A stretch of DNA of 64,000 nt from Clostridia bacterium (GCA_045627045.1 JAZQMY010000024.1:18408-82407); one strand, 5' to 3'. Positions 9,513 through 19,912 are shown, numbered from the stretch's first letter. Made by a program: numbers and translations. Notes: generated from the letters alone by a model not told the origin.

Positions 9513-10814
9513 TCAGTGTTTATTGCGTTTTGCCTTCCGGCCTCTGTTTCTGCGTTCCTTCAGCTTTGAAAAAACGTTTCCGATTTCAAAATCATTGTCT
9601 ATAACGTACTCGTCTGTAGCAACAGGAAGGCGTTTTTCCGAGAGCTTCTTCTCAAATGCTTCCTTGAGGATGTAATAAATGACCGAGAAAATCGGCACTG
9701 CAAGAATAAGTCCCATTATTCCGAAGAAGCCTGCGCCCACAAGGAGCGCCACAGTAACCCAGAACGGTGATACGCCTGTCTGGTCGCTTATGATGAGAGG
9801 AGTGAGGAAGTGTCCCTCGACCTGCTGAAGCACGAGCGTGAAAATCGTGAACGTAATCGCCATCATGGGATCGTAAATAAGAAGAATCAATATACTCGGC
9901 ACAGCACCTATGAACGGGCCGAAAAACGGAATAAAGTTTGTTATCGCCACTATCGTGCTGATAAGGATTGCATAAGGCATTCCCGTTATTTTCATAAAAA
10001 TAAGCGTTGCCGCAAAGACGATAAGACAGCCCACAACATTGCCGTATATGTATCCGTTGAAGATGTCCTTTGCCTGAACGCCCATTCTGACTATGTTCTC
10101 TGCTCTCGGCTTTTTGAAAATCGCATATGTGGCTTTTCTCAGGTGAGCAAAAAGGACGTTTTTCTCTTTAAGAAGATAAACCGCCACGCAAAGACCGATT
10201 ACCACATTGGCAATGAAGGATACTGCTGACTTTACACCTGTTGTGATGTATCCGAGCACCTGATTTGCCATGCCTGCGAGGTTTTCAGTAAACCATACCT
10301 CTACTCTGTTCAGAAGGTCATCGAAATCAAGCCCGAGTGTTTTGATCCACTGTGCATCGCTGATTCTCAGGTCATCATACCATTCGGAAACTTTGTCCAG
10401 TCCGTCAGGAATAAACCCTATGAGAGACATTATTGTCTGATAGAGCTGTGGGAGGATCGATGAAAAGAGTATGTAAACCAGTACAAAGAGAACAAGTATC
10501 GTAAAGACTATCGAAACAGTTGTTCCCAGTTTTTTGTATTTATCCGTTTTAGCCTTGAATATTCTTGTTGCCGCAAAAGCATACAGCTTTTCGAAAACCA
10601 CCATTATCGGGTTAAGCAGGTACGCCAATGCTATTCCGTAAAAAACAGGCTCAAGAACATTTGCAATCTTTGAAAAAACAGAGCCAAAGTCCTGAAATCT
10701 GAAAAAAACAAATACAAGCACTACCGCAAACAAAATAAGAAGAGCAATAAACCACCCCTTCTTGATTTTTTTCGGCTGCTGTGTCTGTAAAGAATCATTC
10801 TCCTGTATTTCCAT
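9513..10814 (-). CDS. AI-2E family transporter (PerM/YdiK-like)
   Basis: 433 aa and polytopic. Family-typical segments are present (NPIMVVFEKLY, GNVVGCLIVF, FIPFFGPFIGAVP). Confidence 0.8.
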   Translation of the reverse strand: MEIQENDSLQTQQPKKIKKGWFIALLILFAVVLVFVFFRFQDFGSVFSKIANVLEPVFYGIALAYLLNPIMVVFEKLYAFAATRIFKAKTDKYKKLGTTVSIVFTILVLFVLVYILFSSILPQLYQTIMSLIGFIPDGLDKVSEWYDDLRISDAQWIKTLGLDFDDLLNRVEVWFTENLAGMANQVLGYITTGVKSAVSFIANVVIGLCVAVYLLKEKNVLFAHLRKATYAIFKKPRAENIVRMGVQAKDIFNGYIYGNVVGCLIVFAATLIFMKITGMPYAILISTIVAITNFIPFFGPFIGAVPSILILLIYDPMMAITFTIFTLVLQQVEGHFLTPLIISDQTGVSPFWVTVALLVGAGFFGIMGLILAVPIFSVIYYILKEAFEKKLSEKRLPVATDEYVIDNDFEIGNVFSKLKERRNRGRKAKRNKH

Positions 10815-11190
10815 TCTGTATATTCCTTCCCAAATGAATGTCTGTCCTAATATTTGAATTATGATTTAATAATATTCCGCACTTCTTTTATTATTTCCAA
10901 GCAAAATCGATTGAATCAGAGGATTGTCCTGATATTATACCATGAGCAAAAATGCTTGCTTGCAAGGGTATTTTTGCGAAGCCGTTCAATATTGCAGGCG
11001 TATCGTAAGATACGGCGTGCGTAGCACGAAAAAGCTTGCATCGCAAGATTTTCCTGCTAATATTATACCATATATTCAGAAAAATGCAATTCTCATTTTT
11101 CATTATTTTTACTGCAATTCATCCTTCACCGGCATTTTCCGTGTCTTCCTGCCAAAGCATCACATTGTGTCCCAAAAATCATATATTCAC

Positions 11191-11228
11191 TCAAAAAAGT
11201 CCCCCGGATTATGTTTCCGGAGGACTTT
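11191..11228 (-). terminator. rho-independent terminator of the GH16 lipoprotein gene
   Basis: On the minus strand the stem GTCCTCCGG/CCGGGGGAC is followed by TTTTTTG. Confidence 0.7.
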
Positions 11229-11246
11229 TCATTCATTATCAGCCGT

Positions 11247-13013
11247 TTATCTCTCAATATAAGGATTGTTCTCGAATATTCTTACATAATCAACATACAT
11301 TGATGTTTCATCAGATGTAAATGATTTGAATACAACCTCGGGTGTCGGGCCGGCTTCAACTGAAAGTATCATATAAAGCGGAACCTCACATATTTCGCCC
11401 TTGTTCGTTTCCCATTTCAGGATGTTGTCAACGTAGAAATAATACATATCATCATTCCATTCAAGTGCAAACGTGTGATATTCTCCGTCATACACCTCTG
11501 CTGATGACAACGGCTCGCCGTAAACAGTTTCGCCGTACATTTCCTCCACAATGTCGCCGTCAACATAGTTCGGTACGGTTCCGTGATGCACTTCATCATA
11601 TACAGCCCAGAATGATTCAACAATATCTATCTCCGTTCCTGTTTTTGATGTGCTTCCGGGAGTCATGACATCAGGACCGAGCAGCCAGAAGGCGCCCCAC
11701 TCCGAGCATTCCGCAATCTTTGTGAGAGGGAGCCTGATCGATGCTTCAAAATAGCCCTTGGTAAACATTTTCTTTCCGTTGGTGAATATTGCGCCTGTCT
11801 CAATAAGACCGGCTTCATCGTCCCACACCGCTTCAATTACAAGTCTGCCCGTTCCGTCAACGTAAGCACGTTCATCTCTCCAGCGGCTTCCACCCTGGCG
11901 ATCATACTCCTCACAGTGGTTCCAGAGCGTATCGTCAAGCTCTGTTCCGTCGAAGTTCTCATTGAGGACAAGAGCAGTATTGTCTGCGTGTTCCATGTCG
12001 ATTCTTCCCTGCGGTGAATTCTTCATGATGCCTAGAGCTTTTTCCATAGTCTCTGCCGCACCGAACGTGATCACAGTCGTTGTGCTTATGCATTTCTTTC
12101 CAGCCTTGAAGTATGCACCGTACTCTCCGCCCTCAAGATTGCCGTTCGTAAATATCTCCGTGCCCGTAGCATATGTTGTCGCTTCAAAATTAACGGCTTC
12201 GTGACCAAAGCACGTAATGTAAGCGCCTGTGCCGTTATCCGAAGCGGCATAAAGAAATGGTGAAATAAGCTCGGCTTCAACATCCTCTGTCTTGAAGCTT
12301 ACCGAGCCCATACTGAGTGTATTCAGCGTATATTCATGGAAATATGTGCTTCTTCTGAAGTAAACGGGAGTGTTTCCCTCGGAATAGTCAAGCGATTCAA
12401 CAAGCGTTGCAGTTGTGATGTCAGTCTTTCCGTCCGCATACGGTACATCAAGAACGAGCACACTGTCCATTCTTAAATTCACATCGAAATTATTGTCATT
12501 TGTGATCTCTATATAGAAATTAAATGAAGAATCATTGTTTCCCATAACACTCACAGTGCAATAAAGCCTCAGCTCCTTATCCTCAAACACAAAATCTTTT
12601 CCTGTGCCTGCCGGATTGCCGTTTTCATCAACGCACGTGTACGATCTTACTTTTGTGAATACCCACTTCGGGCCTCTGTACTCCTCTTTCAGCTTTGTGC
12701 CTTCGGGGATTTTCTCGTTCGCCGAAATATCATATCCTGACGGAATAAGAAGGCTTGCTATTTCAGGAAGGATTATTCTTGTTCTTTCAATGGCGTTCTT
12801 TCCGTTTTCATCCGTGAGAGAATCGATATAGAGCTTGTTGTCTTCAATCTCAATGGCAACAGCTGAATTCCCCGATGCAATGCTCCATGTTGTTTCAATT
12901 ACATCTGCAGGAGTGGGTGTCGGATCAGCCGGAGTTTCCGAACAGCCTGCCGTAAGTGCCAGGCAAATTATGAGCAAACCACATATTATGCCTCTGAAAA
13001 AATCTTTTTTCAT
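11247..13013 (-). CDS. lipoprotein with a C-terminal GH16 glycoside hydrolase domain (laminarinase/beta-glucanase type), paralog A
   Basis: 588 aa. The lipobox is LTAGC. The GH16 N-lobe motif ENFDGTELDDTLWN is present. The catalytic ExDxxE motif is intact (TEIDIVE). Confidence 0.8.
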   Translation of the reverse strand: MKKDFFRGIICGLLIICLALTAGCSETPADPTPTPADVIETTWSIASGNSAVAIEIEDNKLYIDSLTDENGKNAIERTRIILPEIASLLIPSGYDISANEKIPEGTKLKEEYRGPKWVFTKVRSYTCVDENGNPAGTGKDFVFEDKELRLYCTVSVMGNNDSSFNFYIEITNDNNFDVNLRMDSVLVLDVPYADGKTDITTATLVESLDYSEGNTPVYFRRSTYFHEYTLNTLSMGSVSFKTEDVEAELISPFLYAASDNGTGAYITCFGHEAVNFEATTYATGTEIFTNGNLEGGEYGAYFKAGKKCISTTTVITFGAAETMEKALGIMKNSPQGRIDMEHADNTALVLNENFDGTELDDTLWNHCEEYDRQGGSRWRDERAYVDGTGRLVIEAVWDDEAGLIETGAIFTNGKKMFTKGYFEASIRLPLTKIAECSEWGAFWLLGPDVMTPGSTSKTGTEIDIVESFWAVYDEVHHGTVPNYVDGDIVEEMYGETVYGEPLSSAEVYDGEYHTFALEWNDDMYYFYVDNILKWETNKGEICEVPLYMILSVEAGPTPEVVFKSFTSDETSMYVDYVRIFENNPYIER

Positions 13014-13025
13014 TTATGCCTCCGT

Positions 13026-13063
13026 AAAAAAAGTGCTATTATACAATTAAGTATTATAGCACT
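13026..13063 (-). promoter_or_regulatory. terminator-like hairpin plus U7 run in the 5' leader, ending 3 nt before the RBS of the GH16-A gene (candidate attenuator)
   Basis: On the minus strand the stem AGTGCTAT/ATAGCACT with a 16-nt loop is followed by TTTTTTT, then acGGAGGcataaATG. Confidence 0.45.
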
Positions 13064-13370
13064 TTAATTTCAATATGTCAATGCAAATAAGATTGATCCA
13101 CTGTCGACCCATCAGAACAGTCTTTCCGACAAAACAACCAAAACATTTTTCGTTCTATATCTGTTTTAAAGAGCAGCAGCTGTCCCGGGACTCATTTCTG
13201 TTGTGTTTTTGCTTTGTTGTAGGAACAATGGCTGTCAGACACTACTTCATTTTGCATTTTACCAGCAGCCAGTCACGATGCCGGACTCATTTTCAATCAA
13301 TCTGATTTTTGGATTTGTGGGGTATATTTTATTCTTTGTCACCCGTCAATCGTATCTAAGCAAGTCAGAT

Positions 13371-15041
13371 TTATTCAGCCTGTTTCAACGCCTCATAAGG
13401 ATTCGTGTTCCAGATTCTGATGTAATCCACTTCCATTTCAGCCTTTTCAGCTTCAAGGCTTTCTTTTGCATCAGCTTCAAGTGAAAGCATCATAATGCCG
13501 TCCTCAAGGCAAATGCCTGCGCCGTCCGTTTCCCAGAGCTTTGCACCGTCGATGCAGAAAATATATGCCGTTTCAGTTCTCCAGATTGCGAATCTGTGGA
13601 ATTCGCCGTCATATATGTCAAGGTCATCATACTTGGAGCTTACACAAGTACATTGATCTGTATTTATATCCCAGTAAACCGTATTCTTCAAGGAAGCGGT
13701 TGTGGCTTCGACAACGTCAAGTGTCGCCTCATCAACGCCCGTGCCGTCTGCTTCTGATGTAGTATAGTTTCCGAGCCTGATCCTGAATGCTCCTCTTGCT
13801 GTTTCAACTGCAGGGAATCTGATGGATGCCTCGTAGTAGCCCATACCGAACTTTGCCTTGTCCTCAGTGGTGACACCGCCAAGCTCAAGCAAGCCTGTTT
13901 CTTCGTTTACAAAAGCACCAAGCTTCAGCACGCCGTTTTCAACCGAAACCGCATTTTTGCTCCAGCCTGAAGATTCTGCCTTGATCTCACCGTCAAGTGC
14001 CGTCCAAATAGTCTCATCAAGCTCTTCTGCATCGAAATTGTCGCTGAAAATAAGCTCTGCGCCCGATTCTTCAGCAGGGAATTTGACTTCTCCGAGCCAC
14101 TTTTCAAATTTCTTTGCGCCCTTTGTGAAGCCCTCTGAATAAACAAACGTATATACGGACGGGAAGCTCATCTTTTCTCCACCGGCAAGTGTAAACTTTA
14201 TGTCTTCCTGTTCTTCAGCAGGAATTCTGTTTTCAGCAGAAAGCTCAATTCCGTCTTCCAGTACCTTTGCAAAAACCGTACCCTCAACGTTCTCCTCAAG
14301 CGCCCAGATCACACCGTAGGTATCACCCTTTCTGCACTCAATGGCAGGAACAAATGGGCTTTCCTGATGCTTTTTCTCTGAAAACGAAACATCAACAGTC
14401 ACATTCTTTGCAATATATTTCTTTGTCAGGTTGAGGACATTGTTTCCATTTTCATCTGCAATGATCTCATGTCTGTATCTTATTGCGGAAACGGCTTCTG
14501 CACCATTGACCTTCAGTGTGAAGAGCTTATCCTGTGAAAAGCTGAAATCATACTTTGAAGTGTTCTCGATCTCAAGTGACAATTCAAATGCACCGTCATA
14601 TTCAGTGTAGCATCTGACATAGGCATTGACTCTTACTCCGAGCTCTGCATCCTCATATGTTACCTTGAGCACGTCGCTTATTCTTTCAGATGAAACGAAA
14701 GTCAGGTCAACCTTCTTTTCAACTGCCTCAAGCTGTGCTCCATCGGGAATATCTTCTCCGAGAGACATATCAAAGTCGGCAGGAAGCATGAATTCAACAG
14801 CTTCAGGCACTGCCAGAGCAACATTCTTTGCTAAAACACATCCGTCGGAAGCCTTCAGAGAATCGATCATCGGAGCATCCTTGCGGAATACGATCGTAGC
14901 CTTGCCCGATTTTGCAGTAGGCTGCTTGGAAGGAGCCGAAGTCTGCTCGGGGTCATCTGATCCTATGCATCCTGCAAAGCAGAAAACTGCCATTATCAGC
15001 GCAAGCATCAGACAAATTGATTTAAGTAATTTTCTGTTCAT
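13371..15041 (-). CDS. lipoprotein with a GH16-like C-terminal domain, paralog B (catalytic motif altered)
   Basis: 556 aa. Lipobox FAGC. It is colinear with paralog A (DNFDAEELDETIWT and, near the C-terminus, DYIRIWNTNPY versus DYVRIFENNPY in A). The ExDxxE region reads VDEATLDVVE. Confidence 0.7.
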   Translation of the reverse strand: MNRKLLKSICLMLALIMAVFCFAGCIGSDDPEQTSAPSKQPTAKSGKATIVFRKDAPMIDSLKASDGCVLAKNVALAVPEAVEFMLPADFDMSLGEDIPDGAQLEAVEKKVDLTFVSSERISDVLKVTYEDAELGVRVNAYVRCYTEYDGAFELSLEIENTSKYDFSFSQDKLFTLKVNGAEAVSAIRYRHEIIADENGNNVLNLTKKYIAKNVTVDVSFSEKKHQESPFVPAIECRKGDTYGVIWALEENVEGTVFAKVLEDGIELSAENRIPAEEQEDIKFTLAGGEKMSFPSVYTFVYSEGFTKGAKKFEKWLGEVKFPAEESGAELIFSDNFDAEELDETIWTALDGEIKAESSGWSKNAVSVENGVLKLGAFVNEETGLLELGGVTTEDKAKFGMGYYEASIRFPAVETARGAFRIRLGNYTTSEADGTGVDEATLDVVEATTASLKNTVYWDINTDQCTCVSSKYDDLDIYDGEFHRFAIWRTETAYIFCIDGAKLWETDGAGICLEDGIMMLSLEADAKESLEAEKAEMEVDYIRIWNTNPYEALKQAE

Positions 15042-15053
15042 TGTTTTCTCCTT

Positions 15054-15812
15054 TTATTCACATATTGAAAGAAGTGTTTCTGCATCTCTCATAAGCTGAT
15101 CGGGGTCATCGTCCTTGACGAATTCAAGAAGCATATTATGCTCTTTCCCGTCGCTTCTGACTATATCGGCGTATTCTCTCCATGCTTTTTTATGCTCTTC
15201 AAGAGGAAATCTTTCGAGTCCCTTCCATGCATAAATATGAACGTTTTTCAGATGCGGAAGGAATCTTCTGAGTATCGCCTTATTTTTCTGAACGTCCTCC
15301 GACTGAAGCGGCTGCCAATAAAGGAACACGTTATCCCTGTCGATTTCTTCTATAAGACTTATGGCTGAATCCGCAGTATTCGTAAGCGTTCCGCCATGAC
15401 ACTCAAAGCTGATATCAATGTTCTTTTCTGCCGCCATATCTGCCAGAATTCTTGCATGGGCAATATATTCAAGCCTTTCTGCCGCAGATACGTCCTCCGA
15501 GTTCTTGGCTCCTGCCCATATGCGGATATTCTTTGCGCCGATCATCTCTGCCGAAGCAATTGAGTCTGCGAATTTGAAAAATCCGCTTTCGCCCTTGCCG
15601 TGATAGCTTCCGTACGAAGCAACAAGAATTCCGTTCTCCTCCGACAGACGCTTTACGCTTTCCGCCGCAGCTTTGTCGCCTGCGGGAACGTGCACGTCAG
15701 AGCCCCACTCTATTGTCCTGAGGCCGTTTTTCTTTACCGTTTTTATTATTTCTTCGGGAGTCATCCCTCTGAAGGTCACCGAGACAAGCCCGGGAATCAG
15801 TTTATTCTCCAT
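15054..15812 (-). CDS. sugar phosphate isomerase/epimerase (TIM barrel)
   Basis: 252 aa. Xylose-isomerase-like TIM-barrel pattern (LVSVTFRG, NIRIWAG, ISFECHGG). Confidence 0.75.
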   Translation of the reverse strand: MENKLIPGLVSVTFRGMTPEEIIKTVKKNGLRTIEWGSDVHVPAGDKAAAESVKRLSEENGILVASYGSYHGKGESGFFKFADSIASAEMIGAKNIRIWAGAKNSEDVSAAERLEYIAHARILADMAAEKNIDISFECHGGTLTNTADSAISLIEEIDRDNVFLYWQPLQSEDVQKNKAILRRFLPHLKNVHIYAWKGLERFPLEEHKKAWREYADIVRSDGKEHNMLLEFVKDDDPDQLMRDAETLLSICE

Positions 15813-15827
15813 ATCCGTTGTCCCTTA

Positions 15828-16865
15828 TCACGCCATGGTTTTCAACATTTCTGCCGTAACCTCATACTTTGTCTTTTCTCCGTCAGAATATTTCTCAAAC
15901 TCATCCACCATATACCATGCCATTCTGTGCACCTCATCTCCGTAGGAGCCTGCGAGATGCGGCGTGAGGAATACGTTCGGAAGTCTGTAAAGCATGCTGT
16001 CTGCCTTCGGAGGCTCATCAGGATATGTTACATCAAGAAGTGCAACCCTCATGGGTTCCTTCTGCATTGCTTCAATGAGATCTGCCTCAATGACCTGTCT
16101 GCCTCTGCCTGTGTTTATGAACGTTGCGTTCTTCTGCATCAGATCAAAGCAGCTTTTATTCAGCATTCCTGCCGTCTGATCATTATTGGCAAGATGATTT
16201 GATATTACAAAGCATTCGCTGAAGAGCTCGTGAACATCATTCACCTTATGTATTCCGAGCCTCTCTGCTTTTTCATCGGAAAGGAACGGATCATATCCCC
16301 AAACATCGATTTTATAGCTTCTGAGCATTTCGGCAACGAGTGAGCCTATCATTCCTATTCCGATAAGTCCTACCTTTACGCCGTAATTTCCGGGAACGTT
16401 CGTGCAGGCATCGTGATTTGCCCATTCAGTGAACGTTTTACTTCCCTGATGCAATCTCTGATAGTAGCCCTTTGCCGCAAGAACTATCTCGGCAACCGTG
16501 AACTCGGCAACCGGGACGGCATTTGCTGCCCACGCGCTGAAAACCTTTATTCCCAAAGCAATAAACGGCTTTGCAAAGTACTGAACTGTTCCTGCCGCAT
16601 AGAAGAGTGCCTTCAATGACGGAAGATATTTTTTGATTTCTTCTTCCGTGAGCGGGAACATTCCCCACGTTGAGAAAGCTATCTCAACGGAGGCAAGCTC
16701 ATCCCTTCTCTTTTCAAAATCGTCCATTGAAAATACCGGAGCAACGAAATCAAGTTTTTCCGCAAGCTTTTCAAGGGCGCTGTTTTCCCAGACTCTTCCG
16801 GCGCTCACGGCATCAGAGGTCAGAAGTACTGCTTTCTTTTTCATATAAGTCATACTCCGTTTCAA
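15828..16865 (-). CDS. D-isomer-specific 2-hydroxyacid dehydrogenase (glycerate/hydroxypyruvate reductase-like)
   Basis: 345 aa. NAD-binding motif GLIGIGMIGSLVA. Family pattern NTGRG..VIEADL..A. It overlaps the GH38 gene by 4 nt. Confidence 0.8.
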   Translation of the reverse strand: MKRSMTYMKKKAVLLTSDAVSAGRVWENSALEKLAEKLDFVAPVFSMDDFEKRRDELASVEIAFSTWGMFPLTEEEIKKYLPSLKALFYAAGTVQYFAKPFIALGIKVFSAWAANAVPVAEFTVAEIVLAAKGYYQRLHQGSKTFTEWANHDACTNVPGNYGVKVGLIGIGMIGSLVAEMLRSYKIDVWGYDPFLSDEKAERLGIHKVNDVHELFSECFVISNHLANNDQTAGMLNKSCFDLMQKNATFINTGRGRQVIEADLIEAMQKEPMRVALLDVTYPDEPPKADSMLYRLPNVFLTPHLAGSYGDEVHRMAWYMVDEFEKYSDGEKTKYEVTAEMLKTMA

Positions 16866-19800
16866 TTCTTGAGAAGAAGCGTTACTATTTCAAACGCACC
16901 GACCTTGATTCTGACTTTTCCGTCTGTTACATCAAGCTTCTGCGGTTCTTCCTCAAGAAGGTTCACAATATATGCTTCCTTTACAGGGAAGTTGAATTTA
17001 ATTTCAGGCTTTGAAGCCATATTATGAGCATCGTAGAGTCTCACAACTGTTCCGTCGCTCTTTTCCGCTTTCTTCATTACCTCAAATATAATATTATCCT
17101 TATCGCATTCTATCGGTCTGTATGCATCTGCAAGAGTGCCGTTCTCATTCTTCTCCACTGCATAAGCTTCAAGAGGAGCATTGAGTCTGTAAGCTTCTTC
17201 GATTGTTCCGCCGAGAGCCGCATTGTTTCTGTGCGGATAAATTGAATATGTAAAGTAATGCTTTCTCACGTCGCCGCCGTAGTAAGGATCTTCAGAGCTC
17301 TTTACCATAGTAATTGCGATTGTATCATCGTAGGAGCTGAAGCCGTACTTGCAATCATTGAGTATTGATACACCGTAGCCGTTATCTGATACGTCGACCC
17401 ACTTGTGCATACATGTCTCGAACTTTGCTTCGTCCCATGATGTGTTCATATGTGTAGGTCTCTCAACGTGTCCGTACTGGATCTCGCTGACAGTCTTTGA
17501 TGTTCTGATATCGAACGGGAAGAGCGCCTTGAGGAGCAGATGCAGCTGCTTCATATCAACCACGTTCTCAATATCGATCCTGCCTACCTGATCATAAACA
17601 ACCACGTTCTGCGTCACTGTGTTTCCGAGGATCGTCCATGTGAACGTAAGTCCTTCTGCCGCACCGTTTCTGTAAGGCTCCGCCGAAACAAGCTTTTCCA
17701 TCTTATGCGGCTTGAGTCTTGTGTAGTGTGAAAGCTCCCATGCAGACCAATGGTACGGATAATCCTCGTAGCCCATTATCTCGTTGCCGAGCTTGCCCTT
17801 GCGGAGAAGCTCTCTCATTTCCGTCTTATCAAATATTGACGTCATGAAGCCCATATCATTGAATACGATCCTGAAGAATCTGTTTTCAATATACTTTTCT
17901 TCCTCCGTCCACCTGATATCGGCATGGCTCTCGTCATAAAGTCCGTCAATGACCTTCCAGCCCATGCCCGGGATCATTTCATTCGTAGTATAGACCTTAT
18001 CGCCGTACTTTACAATGCCGTTTCCGTCATGTGAGTTCATATTATAAACAAGAAGTCCGCCGTTTGTCTTTATATTCTTTCCGATGGATGAAATGTTTTC
18101 GTTCACCATCTCGCCCGTTCTGTCAAATATGCTGTCATACTCAACCTGTGAGCGGTCATAAACCTCTTTTATTGCCGAGCCCGGAATGATGTCGTGGAAC
18201 TGATTGAGATTCATAAGTCCCCACATCCTGTCAAAGCTCTCCTTATCATACTTCGTATCCGAGAGCTTCTCGCCGAGAACAGAAAGCATTTCAGCCTTGC
18301 GGAGTGCAAATTCGGCACGTCTGTTATTCTTCTTTATCTGTGCGATGGAAGTATATGTTCCTCTGTGATATTCAAGGTAAAGCTCACCATCCCAGCGTGG
18401 AGTCTCGTGAAGCTTCTCTGAGTTCTCATCAAAATTATGCTTTACGTTATCAAGGAATTCATCAAGAAGTGAGAATTTTACCTTCGGAATGCCCGGAAGA
18501 CCTTTTTCAAGTCTTCTGTACTGTTCCATCATCTCGTATGTCGGCCCGCCGCCGCCGTCACCGTAGCCGAATGTATGGAGCGTTTCATCGTTCCACATCT
18601 TTGCTCTGTAAACGTCATATGTGCTCTTGACTTCTCTCGGGTCAAGCATACCGTTGAAAAGAACGTACTCATGGCTCTTCTCCGGGAACCACGGACCAAT
18701 GTTGAAGTCCTTATTCGTAAGGAAATATGTAAATACTTCGCTTCCGTCAATGCCCTTCCAATAGAACGTGTCGCTCGGAGTGTCATTGACATCGCACCAG
18801 CTGATTTTTCCCGTTACAAAATAGTCAACACCTGACTTCTTGAGGATCTGCGGAAGTGCGGCACTGTATCCGAAAACGTCAGGAATCCAGAGAGTTCTTG
18901 ATTCCTTGCCGAATTCATCTCTCAGGAACTGCTTTCCGTGGATAAGCTGTCTTACGAAGCTTTCACCTGAAGGAATATTACAGTCGCTCTCGAGCCACAT
19001 TGCACCCTCGGCTTCCCATCTGCCTTCGCTGACTCTCTTCTTTATCTCTTCGTACATTTCAGGTGCTTCGTCCTTTACGAACTGATAAAGCTGCGGCTGG
19101 CTCATCATAAATCTGAATTCAGGATATACCTTCATGAGCTCAAGCACTGTGCCGAAGGTTCTCTGCGCCTTCTCCTTTGTCTGGTCGATAGTCCATCTCC
19201 ATGCGATATCAAGGTGTGAATGGCCGAGACAACATACCTCTGTTCTCTCGTGACCGCATTCCTTGTTATAGAATTCCTCTTCAAGATACTTGTCAGCCTT
19301 CACAACCGAATCAAAGAATTCCTTCTGACCGAGATGCGTTTTATCAATCATGATGCACGCCTGTTCAAGATATCTGAACGGAACCGCACGCTCTCTTGTG
19401 CCTTCTTCAAAGCAGAGCGCCGCATCAAAAGCGACCTTCATATCGAAGTACGCCTTTTCCATTGCCATATCGATATACTTCAGGCAAGGTACTATCATTC
19501 TGTCTCCCGGAGTCATTCCGTCGAAGTAGATATAGAGTGCTATATCATACTCTCTGCCTGCTTCAAGAGCTATTCTTGCATGGTTTCTGTCAAGTCCTGC
19601 AGAAATGTGTCCGTCAATATAAAGAATCGTCTGCGGATTGATTGAAGGTCTCGTGCAGTCAAGCACAAGGAGAGTGCCCTCGGGTGTCTCGTCAGGTGTT
19701 CTGACCTTGCCTCTCACCCAGATGTGTTTCTCGCCCGATTCGGTCGTCACAGGCTCCCATTTTTTCCATGTTTCGTCTATTTCAGGGATAACGTTATCCG

Positions 19801-19912
19801 TCTTGTAATCGCAGATGGTATACATGAATCCCGGACATTCAACAGAGCTTCTCACCCTGTAATATGTTATTGTATTTATTGTTGATTCTATAAGATCATT
19901 TACATACTTCAT
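16862..19912 (-). CDS. GH38 family alpha-mannosidase (paralog 1)
   Basis: 1016 aa. GH38 N-terminal metal/catalytic region (GHSHLDIAWRWT, DCNIPSGESFVRQ) and a long C-terminal GH38 beta-domain. Confidence 0.85.
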   Translation of the reverse strand: MKYVNDLIESTINTITYYRVRSSVECPGFMYTICDYKTDNVIPEIDETWKKWEPVTTESGEKHIWVRGKVRTPDETPEGTLLVLDCTRPSINPQTILYIDGHISAGLDRNHARIALEAGREYDIALYIYFDGMTPGDRMIVPCLKYIDMAMEKAYFDMKVAFDAALCFEEGTRERAVPFRYLEQACIMIDKTHLGQKEFFDSVVKADKYLEEEFYNKECGHERTEVCCLGHSHLDIAWRWTIDQTKEKAQRTFGTVLELMKVYPEFRFMMSQPQLYQFVKDEAPEMYEEIKKRVSEGRWEAEGAMWLESDCNIPSGESFVRQLIHGKQFLRDEFGKESRTLWIPDVFGYSAALPQILKKSGVDYFVTGKISWCDVNDTPSDTFYWKGIDGSEVFTYFLTNKDFNIGPWFPEKSHEYVLFNGMLDPREVKSTYDVYRAKMWNDETLHTFGYGDGGGGPTYEMMEQYRRLEKGLPGIPKVKFSLLDEFLDNVKHNFDENSEKLHETPRWDGELYLEYHRGTYTSIAQIKKNNRRAEFALRKAEMLSVLGEKLSDTKYDKESFDRMWGLMNLNQFHDIIPGSAIKEVYDRSQVEYDSIFDRTGEMVNENISSIGKNIKTNGGLLVYNMNSHDGNGIVKYGDKVYTTNEMIPGMGWKVIDGLYDESHADIRWTEEEKYIENRFFRIVFNDMGFMTSIFDKTEMRELLRKGKLGNEIMGYEDYPYHWSAWELSHYTRLKPHKMEKLVSAEPYRNGAAEGLTFTWTILGNTVTQNVVVYDQVGRIDIENVVDMKQLHLLLKALFPFDIRTSKTVSEIQYGHVERPTHMNTSWDEAKFETCMHKWVDVSDNGYGVSILNDCKYGFSSYDDTIAITMVKSSEDPYYGGDVRKHYFTYSIYPHRNNAALGGTIEEAYRLNAPLEAYAVEKNENGTLADAYRPIECDKDNIIFEVMKKAEKSDGTVVRLYDAHNMASKPEIKFNFPVKEAYIVNLLEEEPQKLDVTDGKVRIKVGAFEIVTLLLKN

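Noticed and set aside
15600-16202. 200-aa plus-strand ORF, Cys- and His-rich
   Set aside because: It is antisense to the 2-hydroxyacid dehydrogenase and isomerase genes. It has no RBS and an implausible composition.
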